Assembly (NCBI GenBank): GCA_963823665.1
Contig: CAWGMQ010000003.1
Span: forward strand, 1,056,001 to 1,120,000
Length of the DNA stretch: 64,000 nt
From: an uncultured Planctomycetota bacterium
GTDB lineage: Bacteria; Planctomycetota; Planctomycetia; Isosphaerales; Isosphaeraceae
Direction of reading: 5' to 3'
A model generated the notes under the pieces. It did not search any database. It was not told the origin of the DNA and worked only from the letters and a program-made list of their open reading frames with translations. Below, piece after piece: positions 34,973 to 42,874 of the stretch. The first letter of the stretch is position 1. Each line of letters begins with the position of its first letter. Made by a program: the position numbers and the translations under genes.

Positions 34973-35249
34973 TACGTCCAGTGTAAAGCTCGATGGACAA
35001 CTGCTTCGATTGACCGAGCAGCTTGCAAGGCACGCACACGACGTCTGGGCGTCGCAGCGCCTCGAGCACGGCTGGAAATGGGGTCCTTCGCGCTGCGACA
35101 TCAAGCGCGAACACCCATGCTTGATTCCCTATGATAATCTCCCCGAAAGCGAAAAAGAGTACGACCGAAAGACGGCGCTCGAGACCATCAGGGCGGTAAT
35201 TGTAATCGGTTACCAAATCACGTTCATTGGAACGGCCGAAGAACCATAG
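34941..35249 (+). CDS. Stand-alone RyR (ryanodine-receptor repeat) domain protein
   Basis: YDPRPIDTSSV.L...EQLARHAHDVWA..R...GWKWG...D....HPCLIPYDNLPESEKEYDR follows the RyR repeat consensus. Confidence 0.9.
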   Translation: MVNKYDPRPIDTSSVKLDGQLLRLTEQLARHAHDVWASQRLEHGWKWGPSRCDIKREHPCLIPYDNLPESEKEYDRKTALETIRAVIVIGYQITFIGTAEEP

Positions 35250-35358
35250 ACTCCCGTGGTTGGCGCGGCGCACGATTGCTGTCTCAAAGCCATCTCGGAC
35301 CGGGTTGCTAGGTCCGACGATTCGGGAGCGATAGCCGCGACGCCAAGCGCGCGAGCCC

Positions 35359-35633
35359 AGTCGGTCCTTGCATGAAGAGCTGGACGCCTTGGTCGAGCAG
35401 GAGCGGCAGGCGATCTGGGATGAGAGACGCCGGTGAACCGCAAGGCCGTGTTCGACGCAATGGTGTTCCTGCAAGCTGGAGCCAACCCAATCGGCCCGGG
35501 CGGAGCCTGTTTTGCTTGCGCACGCGCGGGCACGCTCGCACTCGTCACGAGCCCGGAGACGATTGCGGAACTCCGAGATCTACTGGCCAATACCGATCCG
35601 GTCGCCCCCGTGGTAGCACACCCACCGCCTTAG
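35359..35633 (+). pseudogene. Remnant toxin-antitoxin pair: antitoxin C-terminus and truncated PIN toxin
   Basis: EELDALVEQERQAIWDERRR* overlaps (GTGA) with MNRKAVFDAMVFLQA...SPETIAELRDLL, which stops after 66 aa. Confidence 0.65.
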
Positions 35634-35783
35634 CTTCGGTCGGGACAGGAGATGGGGCGGGTCGGACCGAAGCACCAGGGCAAGCGCGTACAAATCTCCC
35701 TTGCGAAATCTCGGCTCATCGTCATAATCGCGCCCCACTTCTTAAAAGTCAGCGGCGCCTATCAGGCGGCGGGGAAGCCAAGC

Positions 35784-36137
35784 ATGTCCAGACAGAAGGT
35801 ACTGGGATATCTCGCTTTATCCTGTTTTCTGACATCATGTGGCTGTGGAACGATCGCAAATATCGAGGGCCGGCGACTCCCAGCGCCGAGCCCGGCGGGG
35901 CAAGAGGTCTCGAGACCCTTCGGAGGAGTTCGCAGGGATATTGAATGGGCAAAGTCGGTCGAATCGCCCAGAAACTTGGCTTACGTCGCCGACCTGCCGC
36001 TTTCTCTGGTTGGTGATCTTGTGACCTTGCCCAAGACCGTGTGGGGGTCACAATCAGACAGCCTGCTCCAAGACTCCACTCCCGTTCAAGGCGTGCCTCA
36101 ATATGGGATGCAGACGCGGCCGTTGGCCACGCCGTAG
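35784..36137 (+). CDS. YceK/YidQ family lipoprotein
   Basis: Lipobox CGCGTI, PFGGVRRD, DLPLSLVGDLVTLP. Confidence 0.85.
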   Translation: MSRQKVLGYLALSCFLTSCGCGTIANIEGRRLPAPSPAGQEVSRPFGGVRRDIEWAKSVESPRNLAYVADLPLSLVGDLVTLPKTVWGSQSDSLLQDSTPVQGVPQYGMQTRPLATP

Positions 36138-36165
36138 CCTGCCGGCCGGTTCGATCAGCGACAAT

Positions 36166-36667
36166 TCAACGGTATAGACTAAGTCTCGGCAGAGCTCGCT
36201 TCAGCTCCTTCACGCCCGCATCGGTGACTCTTGTGCGACGCACGTAGCATACGCGAAGGCTGATCGGGTCCTTCAGGTGCGTCAACCCCGCATCGGTGAC
36301 CTGAGTATTGTCCAGGAAGAGACATTTCTGCATCCGAAGGTCTCCCGGTGAAGCGGACGCTCCACACGCGGCAGAACGTGTCGACCCCGATCGCACTCGC
36401 GACCCATTTCACCCAGCGGGATTCCAATCCGTGGGTGAATCGTTCGACTCCAAAGGGCGCCGCGTACGCGACATTTCCGTGTGCCCGTTCGATCGCTGCA
36501 ACTGCGTCGCGCTGGAGACGCGCGGTGTGAACAATCCAGCCCAGCCCGGCACCGAACACCAGGATCAGGACGATCAGCCCGCGCACGCTCACGCGCAGGA
36601 ATCTCCGCCAGAGACGCGAGGCCGGTTTGATCTGGTCGGACATGACGACATCGCGCGAACTGGGCAT
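36166..36667 (-). pseudogene. Short or degenerate membrane-anchored LRR protein (frameshift, most LRRs missing)
   Basis: WRRFLRVSVRGLIVL...RLQRDAVAAI N-terminus; TQVTDAGL and ELKRALP in another frame. Confidence 0.7.
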
Positions 36668-36779
36668 TTCTGGTTCCTTGCTACTCAGTATACCGGGTCA
36701 CACGACGGTATCTGAGTTGGCCCGCTGATGCGGGCCGACGCGACCTTCACGATTCCAGGCCAGTTGGAAGGGCACCAAA

Positions 36780-37775
36780 TCAACGGATGATCTTCAATCG
36801 CGGCAACGCTCGCTGAAGTTCCTTCGCTCCGGCATCGGTGACGCGTGTGCCGCGGAGGTCAATGATACGGAGGTTGGCGAGCGTCTTCAGGTGTACCAGT
36901 CCGGCATCGGTCATTTCAGTGCCGGAGAGATCCAGCTCGGCGAGGTTTGTCAGCCCCTCCAGGTGCGCGAGGCCGGCGTCGGTGATCGGAGGCAAGTCGA
37001 AAAGGGGTTTCAAAGACTCCTCCACGCGCAATCCAGCAGCGATGAACCCATCGCCGAGCCGGAGGCAGGAGAGGTTGCTCAATCCCTTCAGGTGGGCGAG
37101 GCCTGAGTCTGTGATCCGAGTGTGCATGAGGTCGAGCTCCGAGAGGCTTGTCAGCTCTTTCAGATGCGCTAGCCCGTCGTCGGTGACGTCGGTGAAGCTG
37201 AGGTCAAGGCTGGAAAGTTGCGGTAGGCGCGTGAGATCGGCCATGAATGCCTGGCTTTCACTCTCGGGCGACTTGATAGGCGCAAGCGGCTGCACATGCG
37301 TGACGGCCTCGCCGCCCGCGTGTCCGAGCGCTGGATCGGGCTTCGTCTGCGCTTCGGCGAGCTCCGCGCGTGCTGCGATAGGCGCCGAGAGCTCTGCGTT
37401 TATTTTTGCGCGAAGGGCGTTCATCGAATCGAGGGCCCTTTGCGTGTACGAGACTCGTGTGACGTGACCCAGACAATCGACTCCGATGAGATCGATCATC
37501 CGCCTGGGCACCCAAGGCCTTCCGCCCGCCAGAGGCTTTCCATTCGCCCATTCCCAGTTGTATTGCACCGAGCCGCCGGCTTTGGTGATCGCCGCCACAG
37601 CGTCGCGCTGGATGCGAGCGCTGCGGACGAGCCAACCGAGCCCGGACCCCACGACCAGCACGAGAACGATGAGCCCGCGCATGCTCACGCGCAGGAATCT
37701 TCGCCAGGGACGGGAGACGGGCTTGGCTTGATCGTTCATACCGGCCTCGGGCGACGGGCGTGTCGGTAGCTCCAT
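36780..37775 (-). CDS. Membrane-anchored LRR protein (planctomycete family)
   Basis: RPWRRFLRVSMRGLIV N-terminus; LSELDL..T.ITDSGLAHL repeats. Confidence 0.85.
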   Translation of the reverse strand: MELPTRPSPEAGMNDQAKPVSRPWRRFLRVSMRGLIVLVLVVGSGLGWLVRSARIQRDAVAAITKAGGSVQYNWEWANGKPLAGGRPWVPRRMIDLIGVDCLGHVTRVSYTQRALDSMNALRAKINAELSAPIAARAELAEAQTKPDPALGHAGGEAVTHVQPLAPIKSPESESQAFMADLTRLPQLSSLDLSFTDVTDDGLAHLKELTSLSELDLMHTRITDSGLAHLKGLSNLSCLRLGDGFIAAGLRVEESLKPLFDLPPITDAGLAHLEGLTNLAELDLSGTEMTDAGLVHLKTLANLRIIDLRGTRVTDAGAKELQRALPRLKIIR

Positions 37776-37927
37776 TTCGGTTAGTATATCAGCCCACGCT
37801 AATGATGACCGGACTCGCAGATTAGGGGCCAGCGCGGCCTCACGGTGAAGCTCCGGAATCGAAGGTCGAGGAGATAAGCCTGGGCGATGCGACAGGGACG
37901 ATCCAGGGCGGCTACGTGGGCATCAAC

Positions 37928-39055
37928 TCAACGATCGATCGTCAGTCCCGGCAATGCCTGCTTTAGCTCACTCGCTCCTTCGTTCGTTACAGGCGTGAAG
38001 CTGAGGTCAAGCTTCGAAAGCTTGGTCAGCCGCTTCAGATGGGCCAGACCGGAGTTTGTGACATAAGTACCGCCGAGATCAAGTTCCGAGAGATTGGTGA
38101 GCCCGTTCAGATGCGCCAGACCGGCGTCCGTGACCTGGGCATTGACGCATTTCAGTTTCGTGAGGCTGAAGAGACGGCTCAGATTCGCCAGGCCGGCGTC
38201 GGTCACGTTGGTTCCGCAGAGGTTCAGATCCGAAAGCTTCGTCAGCCCACTCAAATGCGCCAGCCCCTCATCAGTGATCGCGGTGTCGACCGCCCAGAAC
38301 TTTCGCAATGACTTCGATTTTTCGAGATGTGCCATTCCCGAGCCAGTAATACTCGTCTTGGAAACGTCCAGCACTTCAAGGTGAGGAAACCCTTTCAGAA
38401 CGGTCAGTCCGCTGTCACTGAACTTATTGCGGTCAAGTAGCAGCGTTTTGAGACCCGTCAAGCTTTTCAAGTGAGTAATCCCGGCGTCGGTGAGTTGATT
38501 GTCTCCAAGATCCAGCTCTTCGAGCGCGCTCAGCCGGGCGAGATGAACGAGATCCGCGTCGACGATCAGGGTGTTTTCGAGACTGAGCTGGCGAAGGCGG
38601 GTCAATGGTCGCAACTGGGCCAGCCCCTCACCGGTCACCCTCGACCCGGCAAGGTCAAGTCGCTCGAGATGCGCCAGTCGGGCGACGTCGTTCAGTACGG
38701 CATCGGATACAGGCTGATGAGAACTGTACTCAGAACTGTACAGTGTCACGGCCGCGACACGATGGATTAAGTCGACTCCGACACGATCGATCAACCACGC
38801 TGGTACCCAGCTCTTGACTTGCTTCGTCGCCGGGGAACGCACAGCCGACCTCTCGAAGGGTGTCCTCGGTTCCCAGTCGTATTCGACCCACGCGTCGTTG
38901 CTGCGCACAATCGCCGCCACCGTATCGCGCTGAACTCGTGCACTGTGGACCAACCAGCCCAGCCAGCCGCCGATCAGAAGCACGGCAACGATCAGCCCAC
39001 GCACGCTGAACCGCAGGAATCTTCGCCAGGGACGCGAGACGGGACCGGGCAGCAT
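37928..39055 (-). CDS. Membrane-anchored LRR protein (planctomycete family)
   Basis: Same N-terminal motif; about ten 24-aa LRRs. Confidence 0.88.
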   Translation of the reverse strand: MLPGPVSRPWRRFLRFSVRGLIVAVLLIGGWLGWLVHSARVQRDTVAAIVRSNDAWVEYDWEPRTPFERSAVRSPATKQVKSWVPAWLIDRVGVDLIHRVAAVTLYSSEYSSHQPVSDAVLNDVARLAHLERLDLAGSRVTGEGLAQLRPLTRLRQLSLENTLIVDADLVHLARLSALEELDLGDNQLTDAGITHLKSLTGLKTLLLDRNKFSDSGLTVLKGFPHLEVLDVSKTSITGSGMAHLEKSKSLRKFWAVDTAITDEGLAHLSGLTKLSDLNLCGTNVTDAGLANLSRLFSLTKLKCVNAQVTDAGLAHLNGLTNLSELDLGGTYVTNSGLAHLKRLTKLSKLDLSFTPVTNEGASELKQALPGLTIDR

Positions 39056-39207
39056 GGTGGCCAGTCTCCGGCATTGCGAACGTCTTGAGTCAGATCATTT
39101 CCTCAAGCCAGATCATACCAAGAACCAGCTCGGGTTCACGGACCAAGCGGGCACGATTCGATCCGTGGACGGACGAGGCTGAGTGCGTCGGGAGTCGCCA
39201 ACCCAGG

Positions 39208-39585
39208 TCAGCGCGGGAGCCGAGGAGCCGGCTCGGCGCGTACCCAGGCCCGTAGGCGTTGTGCCCACTTCGATCCGGTGCGGCGATCTTCTTCAAGCAC
39301 CCAGCGACCGACCTCGTCGGAACGGACCGGCGAGAATTCGCTCATGTCGACAGGCTCATAGGTCCCGTCCTCGCGCAGGCGCTCGATGACAATGCGCTTG
39401 CGTTCGCCGTCGAACCGCCAGATCTCGGCGACGCGCAACGCCGCATAGATCGCAGGGCGGTCGATCTTCGGGGGGACAGGTCGACTTCGATGGCCAAGTC
39501 GGGATTGGGGTACTCGGCCGCGGCGTTGGACCATCGCGCGACGGCCTCGTCCACCACGGCCAACTTCTCGGGTGCGAAGTAATAT
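39208..39585 (-). pseudogene. 5'-truncated Uma2 (DUF820) family endonuclease
   Basis: YYFAPEKL...PDLAIEVDLS/PKIDRPAIYAALRVAEIWRFDG; no N-terminus, begins just after the tRNA 3' end. Confidence 0.75.
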
Positions 39586-39591
39586 CCGAAA

Positions 39592-39665
39592 CGAGGATGA
39601 CGGGGCTCGAACCCGCAACCTCCGGCGTGACAGGCCGGTGCTCTAACCAATTGAGCTACATCCCC
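39592..39665 (-). tRNA. tRNA-Asp (GTC), CCA not encoded
   Basis: GGGGATGTAGCTCAATTGGTTAGAGCACCGGCCTGTCACGCCGGAGGTTGCGGGTTCGAGCCCCGTCATCCTCG folds as a cloverleaf with anticodon GTC. Confidence 0.97.
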
Positions 39666-39835
39666 AAACTCGATCCGGCAGCGACTTGCGGCGAAAGCGG
39701 GTGTGTCGGAGTTTCCCGGGTTTGTGTTGTCTTTCGAACGAACACCGGAACTGCTCTGACGGGTCTGACCGGTCGAGGAATTGATTCTATCGGCCGCAAC
39801 CGCTAGCTTCAAGTGCACCGACTCGTTGCGCTGAG

Positions 39836-40441
39836 TCACTGCTGGCCGTCGAGCCGCTTGATTTCCTCGCGGATGAAGGCGAGAACCCGGCTCTTGGCCT
39901 TGTGCACGGCGGCGACGTTCATTCCCAGGAGCGCGGCCACCTCGTCGCCCGGCTGATTCTCGCACGCCGCCAGGCGGAACGCTTCCCACGTCTGCGGCTC
40001 GACCCGCGCGCGCACCAGCTCACACGCCTGGCTCACCATCACGCGGGTGAACTCTTCGTCCAAGAACGCCAGGAGTTCGTCGTGCGCGTGTGCGCTGTCG
40101 AGCGCTGCCAGACCGAGGTCGTCACTGCTGCCGGCATCCGGCCGCTGCTTTCGGTGGGCGAAGAAATCCGAAATCGCATGCTGGGTCACCAATCGCAGCC
40201 AGCCGCGAAACGACCGGGAGGGGTCGTAGACGAACGTCCGCAGCGCCCGTGACAGCCGGAGCAGCACGTCCTGCGTCACATCGTCCGCGTCGGCGGCTTG
40301 CAAGCCTCGCTTGCGGCACCAGCCCTGGATCTTGGGCCCGTAATACGCGACGAACGCTCCCCATGCACCCTCGTCGACCGGGTCCTGGCGGACGCGCCCC
40401 AGAAGCGACACGTTGGTGTGTTCCGACGGTGAACGTCCCAT
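39836..40441 (-). CDS. ECF sigma factor (planctomycete type), divergent from the peptide locus
   Basis: TNVSLLGRVR, AWGAFVAYYGP, DADDVTQDV, SFRGWL, TWEAFRL, VHKAKSRV. Confidence 0.9.
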   Translation of the reverse strand: MGRSPSEHTNVSLLGRVRQDPVDEGAWGAFVAYYGPKIQGWCRKRGLQAADADDVTQDVLLRLSRALRTFVYDPSRSFRGWLRLVTQHAISDFFAHRKQRPDAGSSDDLGLAALDSAHAHDELLAFLDEEFTRVMVSQACELVRARVEPQTWEAFRLAACENQPGDEVAALLGMNVAAVHKAKSRVLAFIREEIKRLDGQQ

Positions 40442-40713
40442 CAGTACCTCGAACGGCGCGAGATCGGCTGTAGCGGCCATTTTCTGTGAGGCCGAGCCCG
40501 TCCGCAATCGTTAAAGCCAGAAATTCGCTCAAAAAAACTCGAGGGCCGAGTCAGGTATGGCCCGAACGGCTGGTATTAACTTATGGAGCGACGCAGCTCG
40601 TGCTGGTCGTTCATCTCGCCGAGACTGGCTTCGAGCACAGTCGGGTCGCTAGCCGCGTGCTCAACGCGGCCGGAATTTGGATCGAGCCTTGCATTGATGA
40701 GGAGGTCCGCACC

Positions 40714-40893
40714 ATGACGAGCCAGAACGTGGCCGGGAAAGACATCAACGCCCAGGACAAGCCTCGGGACGATTCCGCGCTGAAGGACGGCAAGCCGTCG
40801 GAGGTGAAGCGGGAATTGACCGACGACGAGATCGCCTCGATTGCCGGGGGCGTGACCATTAGCCCCGGTTTCCCCCTGCAGCCGGGCGGTTGA
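40714..40893 (+). CDS. Double-glycine precursor peptide 1 (46-aa leader, core VTISPGFPLQPGG)
   Basis: GAGGAGG RBS; ELTDDEIASIAGG cleavage motif; upstream of a C39-peptidase ABC transporter. Confidence 0.85.
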   Translation: MTSQNVAGKDINAQDKPRDDSALKDGKPSEVKRELTDDEIASIAGGVTISPGFPLQPGG

Positions 40894-41131
40894 TCGACAC
40901 TTCCCGCCCCCGGATAGCGAGCCGCGAGCACTTGCGTCTGCAAGATCTTTTCTGCGGCGAGGGGCGGGAGTAGGTTCCCGGCCACGGCGTCGTAGGGTTC
41001 GTAAACACGCGATACAACGACACGGCTCAGGCCGGTCGTGAATGTGGATGAGCCGGTCTTCGAGCACGGATGGTCCGTGCCCGGGAGACCGCGTCAAGCT
41101 CGAGAGTGGATTCCTTTTAGAGGAGGATCGA

Positions 41132-41323
41132 ATGATGACTGACAAGAACCAGACCGGGAAAGACGCCACGAACTTGGGCCCGGCTCCGGACGATTCCGCG
41201 CCGAAGGCGGCCAAGCCGTCGGAGGCCACGCGAGAATTGACTGACGAGGAGATCGCCGCGGTCGCCGGGGGCCTGAGCCACAAACCCAACCCTCCCCCGA
41301 TGATGCCGCTCGGCGGCGGCTGA
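41132..41323 (+). CDS. Double-glycine precursor peptide 2 (47-aa leader, core LSHKPNPPPMMPLGGG)
   Basis: GAGGAGG RBS; ELTDEEIAAVAGG; leader paralogous to peptide 1. Confidence 0.85.
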   Translation: MMTDKNQTGKDATNLGPAPDDSAPKAAKPSEATRELTDEEIAAVAGGLSHKPNPPPMMPLGGG

Positions 41324-41480
41324 GACCTCCGCGTTCCCGCAAGCGAGCTACAAACACTAGCGTCTACGAGATCTCTCCTACGGCAGCGGGGCGGGAGCAT
41401 GTTCCCGGCCCCGCGGCCGTAGGGGTCGTTCGAAGGCTCGCTGCCCCGCGCGAGCGGGGCTTGCGGCGAGGAATCATGCC

Positions 41481-42803
41481 ATGGGCAAGCGGTCATCCCA
41501 GGGATTGGCCTCGTTGATCGCGGAGCGGCCGGTCGAGGCGTTCGAGCAGCTCAACGTCGCGGTGCGAGTCGTCCCGCTGCACAACTGGTTCTTTCTCGCG
41601 GCGGCGCTCTTGACGTTCGGGGCCTTCGGGGCGTTCTCGTTCTGGTACCAGGTACCGATGAAGCTGGAGGGGCGAGGTATCCTGGTGGCGAAGCATGCCG
41701 TGAATTCGGAGTCGCTGCTCCAGGTCACGGCGCCGGCGGCGGGGCGGCTGCGAAAGGTTGCGGTGACGGTTGGCTCGGTCGTGCACGTGGGTGACGTGCT
41801 GGCCGAGATTGATCAGAAGGAGCTGGGAGACGAGGTGGATTCCGCCACGGCGGAGCTGGCCAGGCTGCGTGAGGAAGACGCGCGGATGACCCAGCTTGAT
41901 GAAGATGAGGCCAGGTCCAAGGCCGAGGCGGAAATGCAGCTCGAACGGTCGCTCGTGCGCACGATGGAGCTCGATCGATCGCGCCTGGCCACCCACCGGC
42001 GGATTGTCGCCGGCGACCAGACGTTGAAAGCCCGCCGGATGGTGAGCGACACCGATGCCCTCAAGTCGCAGGCCGCCGCCGACGAGGTGGAGAGCAGCGT
42101 GAGCGCCGCCGAGACGCGCCGGCACGAGATCGCGTATGAACGGGTGCGCGACGAGACGACGAGACGACGCGCCAGCCTCTTGCGCAAGCTTGCCGTGCGC
42201 GAGGCGGAGACCCGGCTGGGGCTGCTCCGGGCCAGGTTCGAGCGGGATACCCGGATCGTCTCTCCGCACAACGGCAAGGTCGTCGAGGTGCTGATCACTG
42301 CGCACGCGCCGGTGCAGATGGGCACCATCGCCGCGCTGCTCTGCCCGGTGGACACTGAGCCCGGGGCGCTCGAGGCGATCATCTTCGTGCCGGCGGGGCT
42401 GGGCAAGAAGATCCGGGTGGGAGCGGACGTGGAGGTTGCGCCGGACACGGTCCGGCGGCAGGAGCACGGGTTTATCCGGGCCGAGATCCGGTCGATCTCC
42501 GAGATGCCGTGCACCGGAGAGTCGATGCTTGCGGAGCTGAAGAACCCCACGCTGGTCTCCAGCTTCATCGAGCTGTACCGCGGCCAGGTGCTCCTCACCA
42601 TCCACGGCGCCCTCCGCGAGACCAACGCGGTGCGCGCGAGTGGGAGCCGCGTGGCGCTCAACCGGCTGGAATGGTCGTCAGCGTCGGGGGCTTTTCAGCC
42701 CGTCTCGGGCGGGACGCTCTGCTCTGCTTCGATTGTCGTCGAGCGACGGCCATTGATCGCCCTGGCGATGCCCTGGCTCAAAGGGCTGATCGGGATCGAT
42801 TGA
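41481..42803 (+). CDS. NHLP-bacteriocin-system HlyD family secretion protein
   Basis: EQLNVAVRVV N-terminus, one TM, GRGIL, long coiled coil, VRRQEHGFI, WSSASG, GTLCSASIVVERRPLI. Confidence 0.88.
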   Translation: MGKRSSQGLASLIAERPVEAFEQLNVAVRVVPLHNWFFLAAALLTFGAFGAFSFWYQVPMKLEGRGILVAKHAVNSESLLQVTAPAAGRLRKVAVTVGSVVHVGDVLAEIDQKELGDEVDSATAELARLREEDARMTQLDEDEARSKAEAEMQLERSLVRTMELDRSRLATHRRIVAGDQTLKARRMVSDTDALKSQAAADEVESSVSAAETRRHEIAYERVRDETTRRRASLLRKLAVREAETRLGLLRARFERDTRIVSPHNGKVVEVLITAHAPVQMGTIAALLCPVDTEPGALEAIIFVPAGLGKKIRVGADVEVAPDTVRRQEHGFIRAEIRSISEMPCTGESMLAELKNPTLVSSFIELYRGQVLLTIHGALRETNAVRASGSRVALNRLEWSSASGAFQPVSGGTLCSASIVVERRPLIALAMPWLKGLIGID

Positions 42804-42874
42804 CCGGACCAGGCTGGTCTGGCCTGGTCTGGACCAGCTCTGGCCAACACGCGACGAACTGCCGGGGTTTGGTG

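Larger units (their letters stand above)
40589..41429. repeat. Two diverged tandem units of about 420 bp, each upstream region + precursor gene + conserved 3' element
   Basis: Shared CGAC.C.GCTC...GGTCGT and TTCGAGCAC upstream; AGCGAGC...GCGTCT.C.AGATCT...GGGGCGGGAG...GTTCCCGGCC...CGTAGGG.TCGT downstream. Confidence 0.75.
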
